Shown here one piece after another: positions 11,163 through 21,416 of a stretch of 64,000 nt of DNA. The position numbers and the translations under genes were made by a program. The stretch covers positions 32,001-96,000 of the forward strand of contig CAVYHE010000004.1 in assembly GCA_963768305.1 (NCBI GenBank). The letters are read 5' to 3'. The notes beneath the pieces were generated by a model. It was not told the origin of the DNA. It searched no databases and saw only the letters and a list, made by a program, of their open reading frames with translations. This DNA is from an uncultured bacterium (GTDB lineage: Bacteria > Margulisbacteria > WOR-1 > CAVSGV01). Position 1 is the stretch's first letter. Each line of letters opens with the position of its first letter.

Positions 11163-12659
11163 ATGCGCGCGATCTTCTCAAAACGGATGATTATTACCGC
11201 CGTGCTTCTCCTGGCCGTTTTTTCGGTCCTGTCATTTATTTCCCTGCATGTCTTTGGCGCTTATCCTTACAGCATGGACGAGTTCAATTATCTTTATCAG
11301 GCGCAGATATTCGCAACGGGACACACATCTATCCACGTCAGTCCGAAACTCCACGATCTTTTTGAATTATATATGCTCTATGATAACGGAAGACTTTTTA
11401 CAAAGTATCCGCCGGGGATGTCACTTCTGCTGCTGCCGGGGGTCAAGCTTGGGGTGCCGGCATTGATCAATCCGTTGATCTCTGTCATTTCTTTGGTATT
11501 TATTTATCTTCTTTGCGCGGAATTCGCAGGCAGCTTCATAGGATTTCTTGCCGCGGTTTTGGTCGCGAGTAATGTTTATTTCCTGGGATACGCCGCGAGT
11601 TTCTTTGCGCAGCCCGCATCGATGTGCCTTGCGTGTATCGCATTGTATTGCTATGTGCGATTCATGAGATCAGGGCGGGATCATTTCCTTTTATATGCGA
11701 TGTTGGCCATTGCTTTCAACTTTTTGGTCCGGCCTTTGGATGCCTTTTGCCTGTGGGCGGTCATGGGAATAAATATCTTCATAAGGTACGGGATGAGGGG
11801 AAAAAGTTTCCTTTACGGTCTTTTGCCCGCAGCCGGGCTGTTGGCCCTTATCGGATACAATCACCATCTTGCCGGCCATTGGAGCATCGTGCCGCATTCT
11901 GTAACGGGTCTTGTCACGGACTATGGGGTGTTGCCTGATTTTCAGTTGTTTTATGGGAATAACTGGACATTCTTTGGCACCATTGTGGGTTTGATAAACG
12001 GTGTTTTTGGCACTTTAAGTGTTATTTTCCCGATCACGATTTGCCCGTATTTTCTGCCTTTGATCGTTTACTGGCTTCCGTTCATCTTGCTTGGCCTTGC
12101 AGGCATCAGATCGAGCAGACCGGAATTTCGCACATTTTGCGGGATCTCATTGGCATACATGGTCTTATTCGTCATTTTGTATGCTTTTCATCCTGTTGTC
12201 GCCAAATGGGACCAGGGCGGATGGCCTCAATACGGGGCCAGGTACTGGTATCCTTTTATAGTTCCCATGGCGGGTCTGATCGCCTGGGGCATAAAGATCC
12301 TTTATGAAAGTATACCCCGCCGTTATTTTTGGATCATCATAGGAGCATGTTTGATCGCCCAATCATTTCAAGCTGTTCGTTATCTGAACCATTATTCCCA
12401 GCGTTTCCAGATCTTCCGCCAGGTCCAGGCAGATATTAATTCCCGCTGTCCTCCGAAGTCCATTATCATCCTTAATGACCCGAACTATTGGTACGACGTT
12501 GTCCCTCCTTTGACAATATGGCTGGATCTGAAGAGAAATCCGTTCCTTAACGGTGACCGGCTTTATTTGATCTATCCATCGGACCTGGATGCGGTAAAAG
12601 CCGCTTATCCGGATTATACCGTCCGCCAGTATCATTTTCCGTGGCCTTATAATTATTGA
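11163..12659 (+). CDS. Multi-pass membrane GT-C fold glycosyltransferase, copy 2 (tandem paralog)
   Basis: Highly similar to 9611-11110 at DNA and protein level. Confidence 0.78.
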   Translation: MRAIFSKRMIITAVLLLAVFSVLSFISLHVFGAYPYSMDEFNYLYQAQIFATGHTSIHVSPKLHDLFELYMLYDNGRLFTKYPPGMSLLLLPGVKLGVPALINPLISVISLVFIYLLCAEFAGSFIGFLAAVLVASNVYFLGYAASFFAQPASMCLACIALYCYVRFMRSGRDHFLLYAMLAIAFNFLVRPLDAFCLWAVMGINIFIRYGMRGKSFLYGLLPAAGLLALIGYNHHLAGHWSIVPHSVTGLVTDYGVLPDFQLFYGNNWTFFGTIVGLINGVFGTLSVIFPITICPYFLPLIVYWLPFILLGLAGIRSSRPEFRTFCGISLAYMVLFVILYAFHPVVAKWDQGGWPQYGARYWYPFIVPMAGLIAWGIKILYESIPRRYFWIIIGACLIAQSFQAVRYLNHYSQRFQIFRQVQADINSRCPPKSIIILNDPNYWYDVVPPLTIWLDLKRNPFLNGDRLYLIYPSDLDAVKAAYPDYTVRQYHFPWPYNY

Positions 12660-12711
12660 TCTTTTTCTGCTGCCTTGAGGGCTGCACCGAATTCTGATAA
12701 AATCGGACCCT

Positions 12712-13779
12712 ATGCGCGCAAGGGTTCTTACTCCGCAGGACAGGGACAAATGGGATGCTTTCGCCTCAAAGGAAGGAAGCAGCGAGATACTGCAGTCCTA
12801 TGAATGGGGAGAATTCAAATCAAACCTCGGATGGGACCATTTCATCGTTGCTGCGGAGTACGGCGGAGAGGTAAAGGCCGGCATCTCGATATTATCCAGA
12901 AAACTCCCGTTAATTAATAAGAATCTTTTTTACTCGCCGAGAGGACCGCTTGTTAAGTTTTCGGACCAAAAGCTTTTTGACGCGCTCATGGACGGAGTTT
13001 GTGTTGAAGCGGCGTTGAGAAATGCGATAGCCCTTAAGATCGATCCTGAGATAGAGGATAAGGATACGGCGGTCATCAATGTCCTTAGATCAAGAGGATT
13101 TGTCCGGAAGAACAAGCAGGTCCAGCCAAGGACCACCAGCTTCATAGATCTCACAAAAGGGCTGGACGAGCTTCTGATGAGCTTTGAGGAAAAAACGAGA
13201 TACAACATCCGGCTTGCGGAAAGAAAAGGCGTGACGGTGAGGGAATCATCGGATAAAAATGGGGTCGAGATCTTTTACCGGATCTACCGCGAAACTTGCA
13301 GGCGCGATGTTTTTATCATCCATCCGGAGTCCTACTATCTAAAGCTCAAAGAGTGTTTGATAAGCAAGGGCATGGCTAACGTTTTCATAGCCAGTTATCA
13401 GGGGCAGGATATCGCAGCGCTTTTCGCTTTCAGTTTCGGGGACAGGGTCTGGTATATGTACGGCGCGTCAGGCAATGACTTCAGGAACGTCATGCCGAAC
13501 CACGCGCTGCACTGGCATCTTATAAAATGGGCAAAAGAAAAAGGCAGGAAAACTTACGATCTTTGGGGCGCGCCGCTGCAGCCGAAAGAGAATCATCCTC
13601 TTTTCGGCGTTTACAGGTTCAAGAAGGGTTTCAATGGAGAAGCAAAATCCTGGATAGGCGCTTATGACCTGCCTTTTGATGATCTTGCATATTCGCTCTT
13701 TGACAAAGGCGTCGCTTTTTATCAGGGTTTAAGGAGTCTGCTCAGGAAAGGAAGGATATCCGATCCGCTTTCGGATTGA
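12712..13779 (+). CDS. FemABX family peptidoglycan bridge aminoacyltransferase
   Basis: ILQSYEWGEFK, YSPRGP, KTRYNIRLAERKGV, YMYGAS, GVYRFKKGF. Confidence 0.92.
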   Translation: MRARVLTPQDRDKWDAFASKEGSSEILQSYEWGEFKSNLGWDHFIVAAEYGGEVKAGISILSRKLPLINKNLFYSPRGPLVKFSDQKLFDALMDGVCVEAALRNAIALKIDPEIEDKDTAVINVLRSRGFVRKNKQVQPRTTSFIDLTKGLDELLMSFEEKTRYNIRLAERKGVTVRESSDKNGVEIFYRIYRETCRRDVFIIHPESYYLKLKECLISKGMANVFIASYQGQDIAALFAFSFGDRVWYMYGASGNDFRNVMPNHALHWHLIKWAKEKGRKTYDLWGAPLQPKENHPLFGVYRFKKGFNGEAKSWIGAYDLPFDDLAYSLFDKGVAFYQGLRSLLRKGRISDPLSD

Positions 13780-13781
13780 CG

Positions 13782-15269
13782 ATGAAATTAAATGAACTGA
13801 TCATGTCATTAAAACAGGCCAAGGTGATCGGCCCCGAGAATATAGATGTCACGGGCATCAAATATGATTCCCGTCTTGCCGGCAAAAGCGATCTTTTCGT
13901 GGCCATTCCCGGGTTCAAGACCGACGGCGCGAAATTCGCGGTCCAGGCCGCCGAGAAAGGGGCCTCCGCGGTGGTCCTGGAAAAAGACATCGATCTGCCC
14001 TCGAAGATCACGAAGATAATAGTCCCCAATGCCAGGATCGCGCTTGCCGAACTCTCCTCCGCTTTTTACGGCCATCCTTCGCGGAAATTAAAAATGATCG
14101 GTATTACCGGTACGAACGGGAAGACCACGATATCGTTCCTTGTAGAAGCGATATTGAGGAACGCGGGATTCAAGGTGGGCGTGATCGGGACAGTGGAAGC
14201 GAGGATAGACGGGCGCGGCATTCCCGTGAAATTGACGACGCCGGAATCTCCCGAACTGCAGGGACTGTTATCCATGATGGTAAAAGACGGCGTCACTCAC
14301 GTTGTCATGGAGGTCTCGTCGCACTCGCTCGAACTGTACAGGACGCACGGGGTGGAATTCGATGTCGCGGTATATACGAACCTTACCCACGATCATCTGG
14401 ATTTCCACGGGAACATGCAGAATTACCTGAAAGCGAAGATGAAACTTTTCGAAAGGCTCGGCAAAGGGAAGAAAAAGGACGTCACGGCCGTCGTGAACGT
14501 GGATGACCCGTACGGGAAGAGAATGATGACATATGTTGAAGGCGATATTCTGACGTACGGTGTCGCGAACAACGCCAACATGACGGCTTCAAAGTTCGAC
14601 ATTTCGCTGGAAAAAATGAGTTTTGATGTGGAAACGCGTGATGGGAATTTCAGCATCTCGACCGGCCTGATAGGAGTGTTCAACGCTTACAACATAATGG
14701 CGGCGCTGCTTTGCGGAAAGGTGTTCAAGCTTAATTATGCCGACATGACAAAAGCTGTCGAAGGAGTTAAAAATGTTCCCGGCAGGTTCGAAAGGGTGAA
14801 AGCCGGCCAGAAATTCCCCGTTATAGTCGATTTCGCGCATTCGCCTGACAGCTTGACCAAACTTCTTGGAACTATTCGCCCGCTGATAAAAGGCAAAATT
14901 ATCCTGGTTTTCGGCTGTCCCGGCGACAGGGATCGGGCCAAGAGGCCCATTATGGGAGGGATAGCCGTCAAATCTGCCGATGTTACTATCATCAGCACCG
15001 ATGATCCTCATTCGGAATTACCGTCAAAGATCATCGACGAGATCGAAGAGGGTGTCGTGAGGGAAGGGGGTATTATCGGAAAAAATTATTTCAAGATAGA
15101 GGACAGGAAGGCCGCGATAATTGAGGCGATCAGATCAGCCGCGGCTGATGATGCGGTCATCCTGGCAGGACGCGGACACGAAACGTATCAGGACGTGAAC
15201 GGTGTCAAGGTGCCAATCGACGATAGAGTGGCTGCGAGGGAAGCGTTAAGCCGGTTTTCTGATAAATAA
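13782..15269 (+). CDS. murE: UDP-MurNAc-tripeptide synthetase
   Basis: YDSR, GITGTNGKTT, TTPE, MEVSSH, NLTHDHLDFH, PGRFE, DFAHSPD, GRGHE. Confidence 0.96.
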   Translation: MKLNELIMSLKQAKVIGPENIDVTGIKYDSRLAGKSDLFVAIPGFKTDGAKFAVQAAEKGASAVVLEKDIDLPSKITKIIVPNARIALAELSSAFYGHPSRKLKMIGITGTNGKTTISFLVEAILRNAGFKVGVIGTVEARIDGRGIPVKLTTPESPELQGLLSMMVKDGVTHVVMEVSSHSLELYRTHGVEFDVAVYTNLTHDHLDFHGNMQNYLKAKMKLFERLGKGKKKDVTAVVNVDDPYGKRMMTYVEGDILTYGVANNANMTASKFDISLEKMSFDVETRDGNFSISTGLIGVFNAYNIMAALLCGKVFKLNYADMTKAVEGVKNVPGRFERVKAGQKFPVIVDFAHSPDSLTKLLGTIRPLIKGKIILVFGCPGDRDRAKRPIMGGIAVKSADVTIISTDDPHSELPSKIIDEIEEGVVREGGIIGKNYFKIEDRKAAIIEAIRSAAADDAVILAGRGHETYQDVNGVKVPIDDRVAAREALSRFSDK

Positions 15270-16040
15270 ATACAGGAATTCCTGCGCGTAGCCAGCGTAT
15301 TTTCCGAAATACGAGCCGTCCTTGCCTTTATAGTATTTCTTCATTACTCTTTCAATCCAGCGGTCAATCGGGAACGCCTCGTATTTATTGTACGCAAAAA
15401 GAAGAACGCAGTCGGCGACCTTTTTGCCTATGCCTTTTACTTTCAGAAGCTCGGTCCTTGCTTCCTGATACGGCATTTTGGCAAGGCGATCCAGCTGTAG
15501 CTTGCTAGTCGACAACTTTTCAATGGCATCTTCCAGATAGCGATTCCTGAATCCGAGACGGCAAGAGTGATAATCAGCTGAGCATGTGCCGGCCAGGTCA
15601 TGCAGCGTCGGGAAAAGATGATATTCGCGGCCTTCAAATTCGATTTTTTTGCCGAATCTCTTGCTCAGCTCGTTCACCATCTTGTTTATCCTGGGAATAT
15701 TGTTTTGCGACGACAAGATGTAAGTTGCCAGGCATTCAAAAGGATCCTGCTTTATGATGCGAAGCCCGTGATATTCTTTCACAGCTTTTCTTATCAAAGG
15801 GTCTTTTGAGATCGATTTCAGGATCTTCTTGTAATCCTCGTTCAAATTGAAATATTTGATAATATCAGTTTTTTTAACTTCGCCTTCATAAAAAAGATAA
15901 TTCCCTGATTGGCGCAGCTTCGCTATCTTGCTGCCGATGAAACCATGCCAGAATCCTTCATTATCCTTGTTCCATCTGAAGACCTGTCCGCAGGAAAGTG
16001 TCAGGTCGAGGTTGAAATCTTTGATCTTGAGCTTGCGCAT
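15246..16040 (-). CDS. 8-oxoguanine DNA glycosylase (OGG1-like, HhH-GPD)
   Basis: TLSCGQVFRW, SSQNNIPRI, KGIGKKVADC, FPID, YAGYAQEFL. Confidence 0.92.
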   Translation of the reverse strand: MRKLKIKDFNLDLTLSCGQVFRWNKDNEGFWHGFIGSKIAKLRQSGNYLFYEGEVKKTDIIKYFNLNEDYKKILKSISKDPLIRKAVKEYHGLRIIKQDPFECLATYILSSQNNIPRINKMVNELSKRFGKKIEFEGREYHLFPTLHDLAGTCSADYHSCRLGFRNRYLEDAIEKLSTSKLQLDRLAKMPYQEARTELLKVKGIGKKVADCVLLFAYNKYEAFPIDRWIERVMKKYYKGKDGSYFGKYAGYAQEFLYLFIRKPA

Positions 16041-16046
16041 CTTCAG

Positions 16047-16958
16047 CTAGAATCTGGCTTTGCCGATAATGTCTTTAATGCTGATATAGTCGTGCGCGGA
16101 AAGATATTTTTTTATCCCTTCGGCTATTTCTGTCGTAGAGCGGGGATTGACGAAGTTGCCTGTCCCGACCTGGACGGCGGAAGCTCCTGCCAGGAAGAAT
16201 TCGATCGCATCGTCCGCGGCCATTATCCCGCCTATGCCGATCACCGGGATATTAACTGTCCTGTATATCTCATTTACCATCCTTACGGCTATCGGCTTTA
16301 TTGCGGGGCCGGAGAGGCCTCCGGCTCCCATCGACAATTTCACTTTTCCGGAATTGATATCGATTGCCATTCCAAGGACCGTGTTGATCGCCGATATTGC
16401 GTTCGCTCCTGCTCCTTCCGCGGCTTTCGCGATCACTTTGATATCCGTCACATTCGGAGAAAGCTTCGCTATAACGGGAAGTTTCGTCGCTTTCCTGACG
16501 GCGGCGATAACTTCGGCTGTCAGTTTCGGATCAACGCCGAATTGCATCCCGCCTTGTTTTACATTCGGGCAGGATATGTTGACCTCGATCCCCGCAATGC
16601 CTTTTACAGCGTTCAATCTTGAAGCAAGCTTAGAATATTCATCAACCGATTCGCCGGCTATATTGACTATGACCGGCGTTTTGAATTGTTCAAGATAAGG
16701 AAGGTCGTGCCTGAGGAAATCATCGATCCCGGGATTTTGCAGGCCTATCGTGTTCAACATCCCCGAGGGAGTTTCGCATATCCTCGGCGGAGGATTTCCT
16801 TCGCGGGGTTGCCAGGTCACGCTTTTCACTATTATCGCGCCGATATCGCCTAGATTTACAAAATCCTCATGATCTTTTCCGCTTCCGAATGTTCCCGAAG
16901 CGGTCATGACCGGATTCTTCATCTTGATGCCGGCTATTGTTATGCTTATCTCTGCCAT
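16047..16958 (-). CDS. pyrD: Dihydroorotate dehydrogenase B, catalytic subunit
   Basis: NPVMTASGT, NISCPNV, KLSPNV, GGLSGPAIKP. Confidence 0.96.
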   Translation of the reverse strand: MAEISITIAGIKMKNPVMTASGTFGSGKDHEDFVNLGDIGAIIVKSVTWQPREGNPPPRICETPSGMLNTIGLQNPGIDDFLRHDLPYLEQFKTPVIVNIAGESVDEYSKLASRLNAVKGIAGIEVNISCPNVKQGGMQFGVDPKLTAEVIAAVRKATKLPVIAKLSPNVTDIKVIAKAAEGAGANAISAINTVLGMAIDINSGKVKLSMGAGGLSGPAIKPIAVRMVNEIYRTVNIPVIGIGGIMAADDAIEFFLAGASAVQVGTGNFVNPRSTTEIAEGIKKYLSAHDYISIKDIIGKARF

Positions 16959-17734
16959 ATCATTTCTCCTGTATTGAACACCGGGCCGTCAGAACAAACT
17001 TTTTTGTATCCTTGCTTTGTATTTACCGTACATCCGTTGCAGGAGCCAAAACCGCATGCCATCCATTCCTCCAGCGAGACCTGGCATGGGATATCATTTT
17101 GGCCTGATATCTCTTCAAGATGTTTTATCATGGGCCGCGGTCCGCAGGCATAAATGGCGGTGTTTACCGGCGCAAGCTTTGAACCGATCAATTCAAGAAG
17201 AATATCAGTGACCATTCCTTTCATGCCGTAAGTGCCGTCGTCCGTGGAAACGATGGTCTCAAACCCGAGCTCCTTGAAATCCTCTTCGCAAAGGACGGAA
17301 TTGATGTTGTTCGCTCCTATCAGTGCGTATTTCGCTTTAACTTTTGGCGCGATATCTTTTGCCAAAGAGAGCAGGGGGGCTATACCGGCGCCGCCGCCAA
17401 TAAGGATAGCTACTTCCTTCGAAGCATCGATCTTGAATCCGTTCCCCAGCGGGCCGATGATGTCCAGGTCTTCGCCAGGCTCCGTTTCGGACAATATCCT
17501 TGTACCTGTTCCGACAACCCTGAAAAGGATATCGATAGTACCTTTTTGCTTATCTATCCTGTTAAAGCTGAGGGGCCTTCTTAAGAGCGGCTCAGTTGAA
17601 TTGCCGCATTTGGCCATGATGAATTGGCCCGGGGCGGCCTCTCTTGCTATCTTTGGGGCGGCTAAAGTAATGCGAAAATGTTCGGGAGCGAGCTTTTTGT
17701 TATCAAGTACCTTGGCGATCTCCTGGTGCTTCAT
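16946..17734 (-). CDS. pyrK: Dihydroorotate dehydrogenase electron transfer subunit
   Basis: RRPLS, GGGAGIAP, ACGP, MACGFGSCNGC...VCSDGPVF. Confidence 0.94.
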   Translation of the reverse strand: MKHQEIAKVLDNKKLAPEHFRITLAAPKIAREAAPGQFIMAKCGNSTEPLLRRPLSFNRIDKQKGTIDILFRVVGTGTRILSETEPGEDLDIIGPLGNGFKIDASKEVAILIGGGAGIAPLLSLAKDIAPKVKAKYALIGANNINSVLCEEDFKELGFETIVSTDDGTYGMKGMVTDILLELIGSKLAPVNTAIYACGPRPMIKHLEEISGQNDIPCQVSLEEWMACGFGSCNGCTVNTKQGYKKVCSDGPVFNTGEMIWQR

Positions 17735-17829
17735 TTGGATATCTAATATACCTTATACTGTGCTCAAAATCAACTTTTCAACCTTGAAAAGGCATTCCCA
17801 GCATGAGATAATTTCATTCTGTTTCACGG

Positions 17830-17901
17830 GGCGCGGTAGCAAAGTGGTAATGCAGCGGTCTGCAAAACCGCTATTCGTGGGTTCGATTCCCTCCCGCGCC
17901 T
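17830..17901 (+). tRNA. tRNA-Cys(GCA)
   Basis: GGCGCGG/CCGCGCC acceptor stem, anticodon arm GCGGT-CTGCAAA-ACCGC, GTTCGATTCC T-loop. Confidence 0.93.
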
Positions 17902-17914
17902 TTCTATTCGATGC

Positions 17915-17989
17915 GGGCAGTTAGTTCAGTGGTAGAACGCCTCGTTGACACCGAGGAGGTCAGAGGTCCGATCCCTCTACTGCCCACCA
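17915..17989 (+). tRNA. tRNA-Val(GAC)
   Basis: GGGCAGT/ACTGCCC acceptor stem, anticodon arm CCTCG-TTGACAC-CGAGG, encoded CCA; T-loop reads TCCGA rather than TTCGA. Confidence 0.9.
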
Positions 17990-17996
17990 TTGAACG

Positions 17997-18689
17997 TTAC
18001 TTGACCGCTCCGTATACCGCAAAATTGTAGTATTTAAAGTGTACATCTACTGAACTAAATCCGGCTTTTTTAAGCCAGTCCAATTCGATATTCAGCTTAT
18101 TCGGCCTGTCTTCGCGGTAATAACGTTTCAGGTTTTCCTTCATATCTGTTTCAGGTAGATTGCGCAAAATGAATTCTCCCCACTTTTTCATATATAGGTC
18201 CTGCATTTTTTTATTATCGGCCAGTATAATATCCGCATTTAAAAAGATCCCGCCCGGCTTCAAGGCTCGGTACAACTTCCTGTAAAAAGCGAGTTTCTTG
18301 CCGTCCGGAGCCATATGATGGAATGCCAAGGAGGAAACGACGGCGTTATATTTTCCCCTGAATTTGTAATCTATCAGGTCGGCCTGTTGATATTTGATCC
18401 CGGGAAAACCGCCCAGTTTCTTTTTGGCCATTTCAAGCATTTGAGGGGCAATATCCATACAGGTTATTTTAGCTGCAGGAAAAGTCTTTTTAATAAGAAA
18501 TGTGAGAGTGCCCGTGCCTGTTCCAAGATCAAGAACAGAAATATTCCGCTTTCCGGTAAATGATAACAGATTTACGATAGTCCCCAGCATTTCCTTATAA
18601 TATGGGACTCGCTCCAACACCCGCTCATCCCAAGCGCCTGCTTCAGAATTAAAGTGATCCCTAACGATCGATATTCTATCTTTGCTCAT
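17997..18689 (-). CDS. Class I SAM-dependent methyltransferase
   Basis: VLDLGTGTG, DIAPQML, VVSSLAFHH, LKPGG. Confidence 0.9.
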   Translation of the reverse strand: MSKDRISIVRDHFNSEAGAWDERVLERVPYYKEMLGTIVNLLSFTGKRNISVLDLGTGTGTLTFLIKKTFPAAKITCMDIAPQMLEMAKKKLGGFPGIKYQQADLIDYKFRGKYNAVVSSLAFHHMAPDGKKLAFYRKLYRALKPGGIFLNADIILADNKKMQDLYMKKWGEFILRNLPETDMKENLKRYYREDRPNKLNIELDWLKKAGFSSVDVHFKYYNFAVYGAVK

Positions 18690-18734
18690 GAACAAATATT
18701 ATAAACAGCAGGCATGGTTCTGTCTAGTAAGGAG

Positions 18735-19154
18735 CTAAAAATCTAATTGCGGATTATTTGTTGTGGAGCCCGCTTCGGGAGTGACATACCCTTTTTTCAT
18801 GATCCTGTCCAATTCATCCATTTTATCGTTGTATTTTTCCTGGAATTCCTGGAATTTCTGTATATATCCGTTGAGGTTGGGATTATTGTTGACTATTTTG
18901 TACCGAACGGATAAATATATCAGGGCTAAGATCACTATGGCTGTAAGAATGAAATTATTTTGGAAGCAGATCAACATAAATCTGATGAACAGCATGAGGA
19001 CCCAGATGGAAGCAATGATCCCGACGGCCATGAAAAGGATATCAAAGAACCCGCGAACACTGGCGTAGCGGAACTGCAGATAAGCCAGAAACGAGATCAC
19101 ACCCGCAACAAGCAGCCAAAGCGCCAATTTAACGTAAAAACTGTTCCAGCTCAT
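18735..19154 (-). CDS. Hypothetical membrane protein (about 3 TM segments)
   Basis: Three hydrophobic segments and a charged C-terminus; no recognised family. Confidence 0.6.
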   Translation of the reverse strand: MSWNSFYVKLALWLLVAGVISFLAYLQFRYASVRGFFDILFMAVGIIASIWVLMLFIRFMLICFQNNFILTAIVILALIYLSVRYKIVNNNPNLNGYIQKFQEFQEKYNDKMDELDRIMKKGYVTPEAGSTTNNPQLDF

Positions 19155-19172
19155 TTTCTCACCAAATTCTTA

Positions 19173-19245
19173 AGCGGGAGACGGGATTCGAACCCGCGAC
19201 CCTTTGCTTGGGAAGCAAAAGCTCTACCAGCTGAGCTACTCCCGC
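19173..19245 (-). tRNA. tRNA-Gly(CCC)
   Basis: Reverse complement GCGGGAGTAGCTCAGCTGGTAGAGC...TTTGC-TTCCCAA-GCAAA...GGTTCGAATCCCGTCTCCCGCT; upstream ATGACA-N17-TATAAT. Confidence 0.94.
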
Positions 19246-19249
19246 GCCG

Positions 19250-20077
19250 TTTCATTGGATAATTATATGTCCATTTTTCTGATTTGTCATTTAGTGATTC
19301 ATTTGGATTTTGATATTTGTCATTTGGATTTTGCAGATGCGCGATCATCTGGTCGATGGTCACGAACCGGAATCCTTTTTCCTTCAATCCTTTTATTACC
19401 ACGGGAAGCGAATCTATCACCGCTTCGCGGCTCGCTCCCCCGTCATGGAGCAGGATTATCGTCCCGTTCTTCGTCATATTGAATATTTTAGATGTGATAT
19501 CATCCGCTGTCTTCGTCCTGTTCCAGTCGCCCACGTCAAGGGTCCAGAGGACGACAGTGTAATTAAGAAGCTCCGCTTCATTCAAGAACCTCCAGTTCTC
19601 AAAACCAAAGGAGGGCGGAAATAATCCACTTTTTTGCCCGTGTATTTGAAGATCAAATTATCCGTCTTTTGCAGCTCGTCATCTATCTTTCCGATGTCCG
19701 TGACCGTGCCTTTTATGTGCGAGAAAGTGTGGTTCCCTATGACGTGGCCTTCGTCGGCTTCGCGCTATAAGTATGTCGCTGTTCTTATCGATGAATTTGC
19801 CGAGAACAAAAAAGGTCGCTTTGACGTTGATACTTTTTTAAAATATCCAGTATCTTCGGCGTGGACTGTGAACTTGGCCCGTCGTCGAATGTAAGCGCGA
19901 CTTCCGGGATGTTCTTGTTCCCGTGCCAGAAGATCGTTCCCGATAAAGGCTGGGATCCTTTCGGCGGGACAGGGACGTAAATGCTCCAGAAATAGGCTGA
20001 TACCGGCAAGGAAGGAAACTGATATTATCAGTGATCAGCGCGATAAAAATAAGATTCTTATTTCTGACGACGTTCAT
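19250..20077 (-). CDS. NodB-type polysaccharide deacetylase with N-terminal anchor; several indels, 3' end uncertain
   Basis: VALTFDDGP, GHVIGNHTFSH, FRPPL, IILLHDGG motifs spread over three frames. Confidence 0.82.
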
Positions 20078-20128
20078 GGCGGATTATTATAGCTTAAAAA
20101 CGTTAATCCCGCGTGTTATAATTTACAC

Positions 20129-21398
20129 ATGGTCCTGTTCTCAGAGATGTTCGTTTCGGAGCTTATCGGCGATCCTGTGATGGACCGCTTTGAGGAGCGA
20201 GTAGGCATTGTGCGGGATGTCCTTGTTTCCACAGGGCAAGCGTTCCCGAAAGTGAGCGGGCTTCTCGTGGAGATGGACGGCGGCGGGGAAAAGGTCATCC
20301 TTATCGGCGACATTGACATGGTCGGGAGGCAGTTCGTCTCGACAAAAGTGGTGAAAGAGCGGATTCCTTTCTGCCAGCTGATGCAGGAAGATATACTTCT
20401 TGCGCGCGACATCCTGGACAAGCAGATAGTTGACATACAGGGCGCAAGGGTCGTGCGCGTCAATGATATAAAACTCGCGAAAGCCGAGGACGATATACGG
20501 CTTATCGCCGTGGATGTAGGGATGTTCGGGATACTGCGAAGGCTGGGGATAGAGCGGTTCATAATGCCGGTCATTGATTTTCTCAGGATCAAAAAATATC
20601 AGCCGCTCATCGGCTGGAACTTCATAGAATTCCTCAAGATCTGACGCAACGGGCGGCAAGCTTACCATCCCGCACAAGAGAGTGGATGAGCTCCATCCGT
20701 CGGACATCGCGAACATCATAAGCGATGCGCGTTCGAATGAGAAGACGGAGATATTCGCCAGCCTCCCCGACAAGACAGCGGCGGAAGCTCTGCACGAGCT
20801 TGCGCCGAAAATTCAGGCGTTCCTTCTGACCACCGTTGACACGAAAAAAGCGCTCGGAATATTGAACAGGATGCCGGCTGATGAAGCGGCCGATGTTCTC
20901 GGCGACCTGCCGGAAGACAGGGCTGAGGCGCTGATACGGCTGATAAAGTCAAAAAAAGCGGAAGAGATAATGAAGCTGCTCCGCCACAGCGACGAGACAG
21001 CTGGCGGAATGATGACGACGGAATTCATCGCGCTGCCTCAGAACCTGACGGTACAGGAGACGATCGAGAGATTAAGGGAGCAGGCGCCGGATGCGGAAAC
21101 GATCTATTATCTATATGTTGTTAGTGATGACCAGCGGCTTGTAGGAGCGCTGTCGCTGCGGCGCCTCATAGTTTCAAAGCCGTCGACACTGCTTTCCGAT
21201 ATCATGATAAAGGACCTGATAACCGTTCATCCTGAGGCGAATCAAAAGAATGTGGCGGACGTGATATCAAAATACAATCTGCTGGCGGTCCCTGTGGTGA
21301 ATCCTGAAGGGAAACTGCTCGGCATAGTTACGGTGGACGATGTGGTGGACTTCATCCTTCCGCCTATTTCAAAGCGCAAAAGGCAGATGCTGGGTTAA
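20129..21398 (+). CDS. PRC-barrel / MgtE-N / CBS-pair protein (soluble MgtE-like); indel near 20640
   Basis: DILDKQIVDIQGARVVRVND; ELHPSDIA; ETAGGMMTTE; IYYLYVV; LLGIVTVDDV; no transmembrane domain. Confidence 0.85.
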
Positions 21399-21416
21399 GT
21401 CAGGGGTAAGTCGGGA

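Noticed and set aside
9611..12659. Diversity-generating retroelement template/variable repeat pair (also considered for 53472/54231)
   Set aside because: No reverse transcriptase in the window, differences are not adenine-specific, and both copies are coding.
17964..17975. tRNA-Val T-loop TCCGA instead of TTCGA
   Set aside because: A single-base deviation in an error-prone sequence; the rest of the cloverleaf is normal.
17830..19245. Possible tRNA-anchored island between tRNA-Val and tRNA-Gly
   Set aside because: No integrase and no duplicated tRNA 3' end seen; only two small genes lie between.
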